Below are positions 1-9,366 of a stretch of DNA of 54,978 nt, piece by piece (the stretch's first letter is position 1; each line of letters opens with the position of its first letter). Origin of the DNA: an uncultured Dehalococcoidia bacterium. Lineage in GTDB: Bacteria > Chloroflexota > Dehalococcoidia > SZUA-161 > SpSt-899. Where the stretch lies: contig CAZWIP010000002.1 of NCBI GenBank assembly GCA_964634125.1, positions 1 to 54,978 of the forward strand. Reading direction: 5' to 3'. The notes under the pieces are model-generated. The model had not been told where the DNA came from. It searched no databases and saw only the letters and a list, made by a program, of their open reading frames with translations. The position numbers were made by a program, and so were the translations under genes.

Positions 1-90
1 CCCTATTGTAATATATTTTCGATGTTTTGTCTAGTATTTAATTGCCGGGTTAATAGTTCAGCTACCCTATTCTCATTTCATAGTAACAGT

Positions 91-2670
91 TTATTTCTTT
101 GTTTCGCTCTTTACTGGTTCAGAAACAAAGACGTGGAGAAGGCTTGGTAATACGAAAAGGGCCATCAACAACGCAAGCACAATCATAATGGCAGTCAGTA
201 TCCCGAACGTTGAAAACATAGGCATCGGTGCGAAAGCGATAACAGCAAATCCGAGCATGGTTGTTAGAGCAGTGCAGAATAGGGCAAATCCGGTGCTTTG
301 AGCCGTCTTCTGTATAGCAGATCGTTTATCCAGTCCGTTGCTGATTTCCTCACGGAAACGTTCCGTGAAGTGTATGGAGAAATCGATACCGACACCGATA
401 GAAATCGCGGCTATGGTTGCCGTGAGCATATTAAGCGAATACCCAGCGATATACATAAACCCGTAAAGCCAGGTCGCCACCAGCAATACGGGAATGATGG
501 TCAGAACCGCATATCGTACGGAGCGGAAAATTATCAGCAGTATCAGCATCACCGCGGCAATAGCGATAATCAAAGAGCTTGTCAGCGCATCGGCGATGGC
601 GTCGAACTGAACAACCCTCACATTCCCGGAACCGGTGATACCATACTTACTGATACTCTCAACGCCACCCAGGGCAATTTCCATATCCTTTTTGAGTTGT
701 TCTTCTGAAAAACGAACAATCGATTGTTCACGCGTTCCCGGCACACCTACAGTCATTGTGGTAGCATAGTCGCCTGAATTCAGCTTTACAAATGTTTCAG
801 CGATCTGTCTGGGCCGATACCTCAACATGCTCTCGTCTTTCGGCAGTCCATTCTCAATCACATAATCATATACTGCCTGTAGCTGCTCCTGTGAATCGGG
901 GATCAGATCACCGTTTTCATCCGAAATCTCCACGCCAGTTGCTTCAGTTATTCGGTCCTGAGCGTATTCATTTTGAATCAGCACTTCCAGGATATCCAGC
1001 AGCAATGAATTTGCGTTTGCTTTACCTGTGATGGGATCGTTCCCAACATACTCTTCTTCGTCTTCGCGGTTCATCTGATTGATGGTTTCGTATATTGCCT
1101 CAATTGCTTCGAGGCGTGTAAGGTCACCTTTAAAATACAATACCGAAGGTTCGCCTCCTTTATCGGCTCCGTGCACGTCCCACTTATCCAGTCCCACCAC
1201 AAAATCAGAATTTGATTTCAGAGCATCCGATGCGTCCATTTTTGTTTCGACGTTGGTCCATCCCCAGGCCGCGAACGCAGTTATGATGATAGCAACCGGC
1301 AGCACGATTTTCCATCGGTCACTGGTTGCGGTGACTGCATTGCCCAGCCACTTTACACGGGAACCGGCACCGGCAGGAATATCTGAAGTTTTGCTTTTTG
1401 ATCTCCATACTCTCCATTTCATATTAAGAGTCGGCACAAACAGACCCAGCAAAACGAACGAGGCAAAAATGGCTATGGATGCCGCAACCGCAAAACCGAT
1501 TACTGATTCGATTTCGGCAGTTGCGTTGGAAATAAAAGCGACGATGGTGGTGAACATAGCCAGTACCAGCGCTCTGCCGACTCGGGAAGTTGAATTTCCC
1601 AGAGCTTTACAAGCATCATCACCACCAGCGCGCTGCTCGCGGTAACGGAACAGTGCCTGTATGGCATAGTCAACGCCAAGCACTACTATTGCCACAGGCA
1701 ATATTATGTCTATAATCATGCTGCCTTTGAGCCCGATGAGATTTGAAAGCCCCTTAAGCCAAATAATCAGCATACCCAGCCCACCAACGGTTAAAACCAT
1801 AATTATGAACGAGCGGAATATAATCAATAGAAGAATGGCCATCAAAATAAGCGCGGCAAACAGCATAATACCGCCAATCATGCCTTCTTCTTCAATTTCG
1901 TGTTCCAGGTCCAGGGCGACACCGAAGACGTCATTTTCAATCTCATTACTCCGCATAATCTCCTGCACTTCCAGCGCAAAGGATTCCCGGGCATAGGTCT
2001 TATCCGCAATATCCGCTTCTTCCGGAGCAGTGCCTTCATCAAGGTAATCTGCCAGTACTCTTTCATCACTCGTTAGCACTGATACGATCAAAGCAGGGGA
2101 AGTCCATATACCGTTTTCCTCGTCATGCTCATACAATGAGGACAGGCCCTCATGGAACTGTTCTGCCCCGGGTCCATTCATCAGGAACTCTATGATCAGC
2201 TTGATCTGTTCATCAGTGATGTCTTCGCTGAAAATATCTTGAGCCCCTCCGCTTTGAATCAGCAGGGCTTCATTAACCGCATCTGCGATGGTATATATTC
2301 CCTCAATCGTCATACCAGCCGCTTCGTCGTAAAAAACATATAGATACTCAGCTAAATCACTTTGTTTGAGTGCTTCTGTCCGTTCATACAATTCGGCCAA
2401 TTTTTCGCGGGTGAGCACATCTCCTTCATGGGCTTCCACAATGAATCCCACCCAGAAAACATCTAGTAAAAAAGTGTCCTCAATATGATCGGATAACTGT
2501 ACTATATCGTTGCCGGTTGGATTGTCACTAGCCTGCTCTTCCGGAGCCATCTGGCTAAATGGGTACATCAGACAAATCGTAATAATAACGATTAAAGCAA
2601 TCACCAATCCTGAACGGTGTTCAAGTGTATTACCAAGCCATCCATAAAATCCTGTTCTTGCTTCACTCAT
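91..2670 (-). CDS. MMPL/RND-superfamily membrane transporter (predicted exporter)
   Basis: 859-aa ORF with a duplicated layout: TM1, a long soluble loop and a hydrophobic block (GGIMLFAALILMAILLLIIFRSF...), then a second loop and second block (IIAIAAVMLILLIIFRSVRY...). This is typical MMPL/SSD architecture. The plus-strand ORFs inside it are antisense shadows. Confidence 0.7.
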   Translation of the reverse strand: MSEARTGFYGWLGNTLEHRSGLVIALIVIITICLMYPFSQMAPEEQASDNPTGNDIVQLSDHIEDTFLLDVFWVGFIVEAHEGDVLTREKLAELYERTEALKQSDLAEYLYVFYDEAAGMTIEGIYTIADAVNEALLIQSGGAQDIFSEDITDEQIKLIIEFLMNGPGAEQFHEGLSSLYEHDEENGIWTSPALIVSVLTSDERVLADYLDEGTAPEEADIADKTYARESFALEVQEIMRSNEIENDVFGVALDLEHEIEEEGMIGGIMLFAALILMAILLLIIFRSFIIMVLTVGGLGMLIIWLKGLSNLIGLKGSMIIDIILPVAIVVLGVDYAIQALFRYREQRAGGDDACKALGNSTSRVGRALVLAMFTTIVAFISNATAEIESVIGFAVAASIAIFASFVLLGLFVPTLNMKWRVWRSKSKTSDIPAGAGSRVKWLGNAVTATSDRWKIVLPVAIIITAFAAWGWTNVETKMDASDALKSNSDFVVGLDKWDVHGADKGGEPSVLYFKGDLTRLEAIEAIYETINQMNREDEEEYVGNDPITGKANANSLLLDILEVLIQNEYAQDRITEATGVEISDENGDLIPDSQEQLQAVYDYVIENGLPKDESMLRYRPRQIAETFVKLNSGDYATTMTVGVPGTREQSIVRFSEEQLKKDMEIALGGVESISKYGITGSGNVRVVQFDAIADALTSSLIIAIAAVMLILLIIFRSVRYAVLTIIPVLLVATWLYGFMYIAGYSLNMLTATIAAISIGVGIDFSIHFTERFREEISNGLDKRSAIQKTAQSTGFALFCTALTTMLGFAVIAFAPMPMFSTFGILTAIMIVLALLMALFVLPSLLHVFVSEPVKSETKK

Positions 2671-2709
2671 TGGTATGCCTCTTGTCCGAAGTAATTCTGG
2701 TAGTCGTCT

Positions 2710-4245
2710 TCAATTTTCCTGGGAAGGTTGTACATCTTTTGGAATGATGATAAATGTCAAGACAGCCGTAATCATCATGATAATAAACGCAACAAAGAAA
2801 GCATCAGTCATTCCGGTAACAAAGGCCTGATCAGCAGTGTCTATGATAGCTTGGGACACAGCGGGATCGGGTATGTTTCCTGCAACAATGTGAGCCCCTT
2901 GAATACTGCTCTCGATACCTTCAAGAGCTTCTTCAGAAAGCATGGGGATTTGTTCTTTCAAGCCTTCGATCTTGTTCAGGTAAATGCCATTTAATACAGT
3001 ACCGAGGATCGCGATACCCAGAGCGCCACCCACTTGTCGTGTAGTATCGTTCATCGCGGACCCTACCCCGGCTTTGTTGACCGGGACCGATCCCATTATT
3101 GAATTGGTAGCCGGGCTCATGGCAGTACCCATGCCCATGGGCAGGACACATAATCCAATAAGAAGTACCCAATAATCTGTATCCACTTCAGGTACTTGCG
3201 ACAGGAACAATAGGCCACATCCTGCCATGAATATTCCTACGCTAACCGTTAATTTGGTGCCGATACGGTGAGCCACTCTCGCCGAATTGATTGCGAAAAT
3301 AAATGACACAATTGACATTGGGAACATATATATCCCTGTCTCCCAGGGCGTATACCCTAAAACCGTCTGAAAATACTGGGTCATGAAGAAGAAGGTTCCA
3401 AACATACTAAACATGACTAGCGTTAAAGCGACATTTGCACCAGTGAAGGACATGTTTCTAAAGAACCTTAACGGTAACATTGGATTCTTAGCATGTAGTT
3501 GCCACCAGCCAAATATACTCAACAGAATCAATCCTATACCCAAGGGGAGTAATACCTCATCATTGGTCCAGCTTCCCTTGCCCGCTTCGATAATGCCGTA
3601 GACCAGTGCAAATAAACCTGCAATAGATAGAACTACACCGGGAATGTCCGGTTTACGCGCCATGTCATCTTTCGATTCCTGAATAAAGAAATAACCGCCG
3701 ATTAAACCGATGACAACAACAGGAATGTTAATGACAAATACGGAAGGCCACTCGAAGTGTTCAAGCAACGCGCCAGATATCATTGGCCCGAAACCCATTC
3801 CCAACGCAAATGATCCTGCCCAGATTGCAATAGCCTGGGCTCTTTCTTTAGGGTCGCGGAAAGTGGCAGTCAGAAGAGACAGTGTGGAGGGCATGATCAT
3901 GGCTGCCCCAATACCAAGAAATGATCGAGCGGCGATCAGCATTATTGTCGACGTCGAAAGCATGGCCCAAACCGAGCCGATTCCAAAAACCAGCAATCCG
4001 GCCTGAAGTACCTTTTTTCGGCCTAATCGATCACCAATAGCTCCCATGGTGAGAAGCAGAGCTGCAAAAACGAGTACGTAGGCATCGACGATCCATTGCA
4101 ATTCGCTGGCGTTGGCGCTTAAGTCTCGGGAGATTGATGGAAGTGCCACATTCAAGACAGTGTTATCCAGCGCAATAATCAACAGAGATACCATTAAAAA
4201 TGCTAGCGCAAACCATCGTTTCTTATATGCCTGTTCTTCATCCAC
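2710..4245 (-). CDS. MFS transporter, DHA2 (EmrB/QacA-like, 14-TMS) family
   Basis: 511 aa with about 14 hydrophobic segments. An MFS motif-A-like GAIGDRLGRKKV follows TM2. Length and TM count fit the DHA2 family. Confidence 0.75.
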   Translation of the reverse strand: MDEEQAYKKRWFALAFLMVSLLIIALDNTVLNVALPSISRDLSANASELQWIVDAYVLVFAALLLTMGAIGDRLGRKKVLQAGLLVFGIGSVWAMLSTSTIMLIAARSFLGIGAAMIMPSTLSLLTATFRDPKERAQAIAIWAGSFALGMGFGPMISGALLEHFEWPSVFVINIPVVVIGLIGGYFFIQESKDDMARKPDIPGVVLSIAGLFALVYGIIEAGKGSWTNDEVLLPLGIGLILLSIFGWWQLHAKNPMLPLRFFRNMSFTGANVALTLVMFSMFGTFFFMTQYFQTVLGYTPWETGIYMFPMSIVSFIFAINSARVAHRIGTKLTVSVGIFMAGCGLLFLSQVPEVDTDYWVLLIGLCVLPMGMGTAMSPATNSIMGSVPVNKAGVGSAMNDTTRQVGGALGIAILGTVLNGIYLNKIEGLKEQIPMLSEEALEGIESSIQGAHIVAGNIPDPAVSQAIIDTADQAFVTGMTDAFFVAFIIMMITAVLTFIIIPKDVQPSQEN

Positions 4246-4300
4246 TATAAATCTTACCTTTCATTATCCGAGTTTCTTTGGCCAAGTGATTAACGAGTAA

Positions 4301-5188
4301 TTACGAGGATATAGCCTTGCCAATCTCCTCTATCCTTGGGACTCCTTTTATCTCATAGGGGAAAAGCGGGACTTCGATTGTCCTCATTCCGCTACAGATA
4401 GAATGAATTTGTTTGATGTACCCTTGTTGTTGTTCCCGTTTGGTGCGTAAGAAATCGGAGTCCTCCGTTTGGATAACATTGTTAATGATAAGTTGACTGA
4501 ATTTGAAACCATGTGCATTAAATTCAGAAAAGACCCCTTCCAGTTGTTGGACGGCAAGCGCTTCTGCAATAGTTACCATAGTAAACTCTACCTCAGTTCG
4601 GAGAAACTCCATATCCTCGGCTGAGATTTCTGACCAGTCTTCCAGTATTTTTAATATTGGGCGTTTGCTCAAACTTCCCAATTTCAATCGAGAATATATC
4701 TTCGGGGCAGGCTTTAGATGTTCACGCAACATTTCCGGCATATTGAGAAGATGCATGGTTTGCCCCAGTGGTGCCGTGTCCCAGACAATTCTCTCGTAGG
4801 TTCCACTTATGGCCAGTTCACGTATGTAATCGACCATGAATTCTTCCTGTAAACCCGGCAGGATCGATGTGACGAAATCGACAAACTCATCATATTCGAT
4901 GGATACAAGTGATGAGAAGACCTCATAAACCTCATGTCCGAACTTTTTATTCCACATCTGTTTGACTTCCTGTGTGCCGAGTTCCGCTAGATGAAGATTG
5001 TCTGTTACCTTAATGGGCTTTTGCCCACCTTCAGCTTCAAAGATATCAGAAAGCGACGGTGTGGGATCAGTGGAAATAACCAGGGTGTTAAGTCCATTGC
5101 GGGCGAAATGTAAAGCAGTTGCCCCGGCACAGGTTGTCTTACCAACCCCGCCCTTGCCACTGAACATGAATACGTTCTTTTCAGGCAA
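4301..5188 (-). CDS. ArsA/GET3-family P-loop ATPase (single-domain)
   Basis: Deviant Walker A FSGKGGVGKTT and switch motif DTAPLGQTMHLL (compare ArsA DTAPTGHTLRLL). Starts 14 nt downstream of the pyrB stop on the same strand. Confidence 0.7.
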   Translation of the reverse strand: MPEKNVFMFSGKGGVGKTTCAGATALHFARNGLNTLVISTDPTPSLSDIFEAEGGQKPIKVTDNLHLAELGTQEVKQMWNKKFGHEVYEVFSSLVSIEYDEFVDFVTSILPGLQEEFMVDYIRELAISGTYERIVWDTAPLGQTMHLLNMPEMLREHLKPAPKIYSRLKLGSLSKRPILKILEDWSEISAEDMEFLRTEVEFTMVTIAEALAVQQLEGVFSEFNAHGFKFSQLIINNVIQTEDSDFLRTKREQQQGYIKQIHSICSGMRTIEVPLFPYEIKGVPRIEEIGKAISS

Positions 5189-5202
5189 TGGTCATGTTCT
5201 CC

Positions 5203-6393
5203 CTAACTCTGTGCCAACCAGTCGCAGTAATAACAACGCAGAAGTTTGGGTGATCCAGGAACTTTGTAGAATTTGGGGATGGAATATTGTTCTTTATTGG
5301 TTATACAGCGTTCGTTGATACACCTGAGGTCGGAAGTGCCTTTGGATATCTTTACAGTAGCTTCATTTTTAAGTAATGTTTTCTTGGGTTCTGCTACTCC
5401 GAGCAGCAGAGCTATCAAAGCCATTCTAACCGGAATTCCGTATCCGGCTTGCCTGAAATAGGCTGCTCGCTTGTCCTGATCAACCTCATAAGCCAGCTCA
5501 TTGATACGAGGCAAGGGGTGCATGATTACAGCATCGTCTCTGGATTTAGCTAGCAATTGCTTGTTGATTCGATAACTTTCCTCACCGGCGACGGAGCTTT
5601 CCTGAGTATCAAATCTCTCCCTCTGCAATCTGGTGAAATACAGCACATCAAGGCTTTCCAAAAGGAAACTCATGAATCCTTCCTGTTGGTTTTGCCCGGT
5701 TTTAGCCTGATGTACTATTAATGAGCCGTCATCGGCGATTTCTTCCAGTGAGCTATACTCCGTTATTTTACATTTGTGACTGTTTAGAATATCGCGAATG
5801 TGATCTGGCAACTCAAAACCTGGAGGTGCGATACAAGTTATTTCGGCTTTAAATCTGGCAAGAGCAACAGCCAGAGAATGCACTGTCCGGCCGTGGCGCA
5901 GATCGCCACATAAAGCCACGTTTTTCCCTTTTATTCCACCCTTCTCTTTGAGTATGGTATACAGATCGAGCAGTGTTTGAGTGGGGTGCTCGTGGGCTCC
6001 ATCACCTCCGCTAATAATGGGAACGTTTGAATGCTCAGCAGCCAGCCTGGTTGAACCGTCAAGTGGGTGGCGCATGACGATTACGTCAGCGTATTTCTCC
6101 AGGGTCCGCACGGTATCAGCAATTGTCTCTCCTTTGGCTACTGAAGAAGTTACCTGCGCCTCGGCATGGCTTACCACTGTACCACCCAGTCTGTGCATGG
6201 CTGTCTCAAATGAGCTGCGTGTACGAGTGCTAGGCTCGTAAAAAATGGTGTACAATTCCTTTCCCTGGCATAGATCGAGCCGTTTCTTTGCCTCAAGGGC
6301 GGAATCCATCTTTTGAGCAAGATCGAGCACTGCCTCGATTTCCTCGTTGGAGAAATCATTAATCGAGATCAGATGTCGGCCTATAAACGTCAT
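5203..6393 (-). CDS. pyrB: Aspartate carbamoyltransferase catalytic chain fused to a PyrI-type zinc domain
   Basis: Carries STRTRSSFE, HPTQ and HPLPR ATCase motifs. At 396 aa it is about 60 aa longer than usual. The tail has Cx4C...Cx2C (LRCINERCITNKEQ...LLRCYYCD), as in the PyrI Zn domain. Confidence 0.85.
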   Translation of the reverse strand: MTFIGRHLISINDFSNEEIEAVLDLAQKMDSALEAKKRLDLCQGKELYTIFYEPSTRTRSSFETAMHRLGGTVVSHAEAQVTSSVAKGETIADTVRTLEKYADVIVMRHPLDGSTRLAAEHSNVPIISGGDGAHEHPTQTLLDLYTILKEKGGIKGKNVALCGDLRHGRTVHSLAVALARFKAEITCIAPPGFELPDHIRDILNSHKCKITEYSSLEEIADDGSLIVHQAKTGQNQQEGFMSFLLESLDVLYFTRLQRERFDTQESSVAGEESYRINKQLLAKSRDDAVIMHPLPRINELAYEVDQDKRAAYFRQAGYGIPVRMALIALLLGVAEPKKTLLKNEATVKISKGTSDLRCINERCITNKEQYSIPKFYKVPGSPKLLRCYYCDWLAQS

Positions 6394-6407
6394 TTTGCCC
6401 TACCTCC

Positions 6408-6956
6408 TCAAGCTGTTGATGAGTTATCCTTGATAATTGCCACTTCGTCTATTTCATCGACTTCTTTTAGTCTCACCTGAACCCTTTCATGAATTGCTGA
6501 AGGGATATTCTTGCCAACGAAATCGGCTTTGATGGGCATTTCACGGTGTCCGCGGTCAATTAGCACTGCAAGCTGAATAGATTTTGGACGTCCCCAATCG
6601 ATGAGGGCATCGATGGCAGCACGAGCACTTCTTCCAGTGAAGAGAACATCATCCACCAGAACCACTCTTTTATCGGCGATCATTGTGGGTATATCGCTAG
6701 GTTCTATAGTGAGGTCTTTTGGCAACGAATCGAGATCATCACGGTAAAGGGTAAAATCCAAGACTCCAACCGGTATTTCTTTGCCTTTTATACCAGCGAT
6801 CTCGGAGGCAATGCGTTGCGCCAGGGGGAATCCGCGAGTACGTACGCCGATGAGGATCAAAGAATCTAATTGATCGTCACTTTCGATGATCTCGTGTGCG
6901 ATACGTGTCAGAGTTCGGCTGATATCCGTTTCCGAGAGAATTATACTCTCAGACAT
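6408..6956 (-). CDS. pyrR: Bifunctional pyrimidine operon regulator / uracil phosphoribosyltransferase PyrR
   Basis: 182 aa with the PRTase PRPP motif [21 protein letters not shown] and a PyrR-like N-terminus ([14 protein letters not shown]). Lies immediately upstream of pyrB. Confidence 0.9.
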   Translation of the reverse strand: MSESIILSETDISRTLTRIAHEIIESDDQLDSLILIGVRTRGFPLAQRIASEIAGIKGKEIPVGVLDFTLYRDDLDSLPKDLTIEPSDIPTMIADKRVVLVDDVLFTGRSARAAIDALIDWGRPKSIQLAVLIDRGHREMPIKADFVGKNIPSAIHERVQVRLKEVDEIDEVAIIKDNSSTA

Positions 6957-6988
6957 AAAAAAACCTCTTACCAGTACTCAGCAAGAGG
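6957..6988 (-). terminator. Attenuator terminator hairpin of the pyrR leader (also sequesters the pyrR SD)
   Basis: The minus-strand RNA reads CCUCUUGC-UGAGUACUG-GUAAGAGG-UUUUUUU-AUG. That is an 8-bp stem including one G.U pair, followed by a U7 tract running into the pyrR start. AAGAGG in the 3' arm is the only SD-like sequence. Confidence 0.7.
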
Positions 6989-7043
6989 GATTCGCATTGC
7001 TTCAAGGCAACTATTTGGTGTGTACCCTGAGTCATATTTTGTT

Positions 7044-7077
7044 TCCCCTTGCTGGTCTCTCGGGACTAGCTTAAAGG
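7044..7077 (-). promoter_or_regulatory. PyrR-binding RNA loop (anti-antiterminator), copy 1
   Basis: The minus-strand RNA is CCUUUAAGCUAGUCCCGAGAGACCAGCAAGGGGA. It matches the PyrR binding-loop pattern (CCUUUAA..CAGUCC-GAGAG-GCUG..AAGG) and two other copies at 40796 and 45026, with compensatory stem changes. Confidence 0.8.
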
Positions 7078-7090
7078 CAGCTCTGGATTG

Positions 7091-7119
7091 ATTATAGCAG
7101 GAGAGCTACACATTTCCAA
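7091..7119 (-). promoter_or_regulatory. Sigma70-like promoter of the pyrR leader
   Basis: The minus strand reads TTGGAA-17 nt-TATAAT. The -10 ends 13 nt upstream of the PyrR-binding loop. The promoter overlaps the hisF stop codon. Confidence 0.55.
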
Positions 7120-7921
7120 CATTCCTTATAGGTACGCCTTTTGAGGACAGATAATCCTTTACCTGTCCAATGGAGTAAGTTCCGTAATGAAAAAGACTGG
7201 CGGCCAGCACTGCATCGGCTTTGCCATCAACAACCGCATCATAGAAATGTTCGAACTTCCCAGCACCTCCGCTGGCAATTACAGGGACATTCACCGCCTC
7301 TGATATCGCACGGGTCAGTTCCAGATCGTAACCATCTTGATGTCCATCGCAGTCCATACTGGTAAGAAGTATCTCACCCGAACCTAATCGAACAACTTCT
7401 TCAGCCCATTTGACAGCATCGATCCCAGTGGGTTTGCGACCTCCATGGGTGTAAATCTCCCATCTGGAATCCTTATCGATATCATAAGGGCCCTCTTTGA
7501 CACCCTGAATTTCACCCTCGATTCGCTTGGCATCGATTGCTACCACAATACACTGGTTGCCGAATTTGGCTGCCCCCTCTGCGATTATCTCCGGCGTGAA
7601 CACGGCAGCAGTATTGAGAGAAACCTTGTCAGCTCCGGCCTCCAGAATCTGGCGTATATCTTCGACGTTTCTGAGTCCTCCCCCGACAGTGAAGGGTATG
7701 AAAACCTCATTGGAGACTCGCTCAACCACATCGATCATAATCTGGCGAGCATCGGAGGATGCCGTGATATCGAGAAAAACCAGTTCGTCAGCGCCTTCGC
7801 TATCATACAATGCTGCCAGATCCACCGGGTCGCCAGCATCTTTCAATTGCACGAAACTGATCCCCTTGACCACTCGGCCACCGGTAACATCGAGACAGGG
7901 AATTATGCGTTTTGTTAACAT
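7106..7921 (-). CDS. hisF: Imidazole glycerol phosphate synthase cyclase subunit HisF (canonical)
   Basis: Begins [20 protein letters not shown], with AIDA (second catalytic Asp) and the phosphate sites TVGGG and ASGGAG. The ammonia-gate residues are present (R5; E in ADELVFLD; K in GADKVS; E in GSGEILLTS). Confidence 0.9.
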   Translation of the reverse strand: MLTKRIIPCLDVTGGRVVKGISFVQLKDAGDPVDLAALYDSEGADELVFLDITASSDARQIMIDVVERVSNEVFIPFTVGGGLRNVEDIRQILEAGADKVSLNTAAVFTPEIIAEGAAKFGNQCIVVAIDAKRIEGEIQGVKEGPYDIDKDSRWEIYTHGGRKPTGIDAVKWAEEVVRLGSGEILLTSMDCDGHQDGYDLELTRAISEAVNVPVIASGGAGKFEHFYDAVVDGKADAVLAASLFHYGTYSIGQVKDYLSSKGVPIRNVGNV

Positions 7922-7928
7922 AGGCAGA

Positions 7929-8543
7929 TCATTTTGAGTTCACATTGAGTTTCAGGAAATTGCTGAGTAGTTTTAGCCCTGTTTCACCACTTTTCTCTGG
8001 ATGGAACTGGGTTGCTACCAAGTTGTCTTTGATGATCATACTGCAAAAATCCAAGCCATAGTCTGTCTCGCCGGCGACGATTGATTTGTCAGCAGGATCA
8101 ACATAGTAGCTATGTACGAAATAGAAATTACTTCCGTCCGATATCCCTTCGAAAATTTGGTGGGACAACTTTTGTTTAACCTGGTTCCATCCCATCTCGG
8201 GCACCTTGAGGTCTGGAGGCAATAACCGGACTACCCCCGGAATCAAATTAAAGCACTCATATCCACCACTTTCCTCAGTAGAGGTAAGTAACACCTGAAG
8301 TCCCAGGCAAATCCCGAAGAAAGGTCGGTCTTCCACTATAACCTGTTTGATGGGCTCTACTAATCCCAGTTTTTGCAGACTTTTCATGGTATCCCCGGCA
8401 GCTCCGACGCCGGGCAGGATCACTATATTGGCTTCCAACACTTTATTGGGATCACTGGTGATTTCAGCCTGGTAACCCAGTTTGGCTATGGCTTTGGCCA
8501 CACTCCGAAGGTTTCCAGCACCATAATCTATAATCGCTATCAT
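7929..8543 (-). CDS. hisH: Imidazole glycerol phosphate synthase glutaminase subunit HisH
   Basis: Class I GATase: begins [11 protein letters not shown], has the nucleophile elbow GICLGLQ and a C-terminal FHPEKS. Ends 7 nt upstream of hisF. Confidence 0.9.
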   Translation of the reverse strand: MIAIIDYGAGNLRSVAKAIAKLGYQAEITSDPNKVLEANIVILPGVGAAGDTMKSLQKLGLVEPIKQVIVEDRPFFGICLGLQVLLTSTEESGGYECFNLIPGVVRLLPPDLKVPEMGWNQVKQKLSHQIFEGISDGSNFYFVHSYYVDPADKSIVAGETDYGLDFCSMIIKDNLVATQFHPEKSGETGLKLLSNFLKLNVNSK

Positions 8544-8736
8544 CGGTTCAGTATTCCCTTATGGTATGTTGGATCGTGAAATACCTTTGTATTGTAGCAC
8601 ATTCCCAAGTATGGATGAGATCGGGTTTTTCGAAAAACACCCCGTAATTTGAGGGTATATCCCAATGTTGAAGATTTACATGTCTGGTATAATCAAAATA
8701 TAGGTACCAAATTAAAGGTGTGAGCGGTTCGTTAAT

Positions 8737-9195
8737 ATGAATACAAAAGCGGTAATTTTTGCCCTACGTGTGATTATTCTCATGATTGGCATTGTGGGCT
8801 GTGATCGATCTAGTGATGATAGCATCTCTGCACTGACATGGCTACGTGATTGGGACGAAGCTAAACAACAGGCTCAAGAGCAAGATAAACCAATAATGAT
8901 AAACTGCTACACAGATGTGTGTCCGGCGTGCCGGGAACTCGATAGTAAAACTTTTACGGATATTGAATTGGGAGCGTTCTTAAGCGATAATTTTATCAAC
9001 TTGAAAAGCAACGCGAACAAGAGCGGCTTGTGCACAGACTATGATGTCTTCGGAGTTCCAACAACCGTTTTCACTGAACCTGATGGAGAGTACATTGGGG
9101 AGATCAGAGGATACTATCCTCCAAAACAATTCATGATTGGTGTGCAAGAAGCCGTTAATCGCTGGGAAAGCATTGCTGAGTTAGGTAATCAGTAA
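8737..9195 (+). CDS. Thioredoxin-fold lipoprotein (CPAC active site)
   Basis: Signal peptide with lipobox (MIGIVGC), redox motif CYTDVCPACRELD, and a thioredoxin-like tail (VFGVPTTVF). An extended -10 (TGgTATAAT) sits at 8685-8693. Confidence 0.65.
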   Translation: MNTKAVIFALRVIILMIGIVGCDRSSDDSISALTWLRDWDEAKQQAQEQDKPIMINCYTDVCPACRELDSKTFTDIELGAFLSDNFINLKSNANKSGLCTDYDVFGVPTTVFTEPDGEYIGEIRGYYPPKQFMIGVQEAVNRWESIAELGNQ

Positions 9196-9198
9196 AGC

Positions 9199-9366
9199 AT
9201 GTCGAAGAAAAAGTCGTTCTATTTCCGTTTGTTTCTACTAGTCGCATTTTTGGCTTTTGTAGGAACTACCGTGGCTTCTCAGTACGATGATGTTCGCAGC
9301 TCCGTCACTCAGCCCTGCTTTGAGTGTCTAGGAGTTGAGTACAAGCAAGGACCCATCTTCGAATGA
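9199..9366 (+). CDS. Small secreted or membrane-anchored CxxC peptide (55 aa), not in the ORF track
   Basis: Encodes MSKKKSFYFRLFLLVAFLAFVGTTVASQYDDVRSSVTQPCFECLGVEYKQGPIFE: a charged N-terminus, a hydrophobic helix and a CFEC motif. Its stop overlaps the next start (ATGA), which suggests translational coupling. The SD is weak. Confidence 0.4.
   Translation: MSKKKSFYFRLFLLVAFLAFVGTTVASQYDDVRSSVTQPCFECLGVEYKQGPIFE

Noticed and set aside
298-2343. Several plus-strand ORFs (298-708, 792-1031, 1079-1645, 1706-1996, 2152-2343) lie inside the MMPL gene.
   Set aside because: They are fully antisense to a long ORF with clear transporter architecture. Their translations are low-complexity (Ser/Pro/Arg-rich) with no motifs, which is typical of shadow ORFs.
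8625-8638. A perfect 14-bp palindrome GTTTTTCGAAAAAC lies in the hisH / thioredoxin divergent intergenic region.
   Set aside because: It is AT-rich and low-complexity, occurs once, and I can link it to no regulator or second copy. It could arise by chance.
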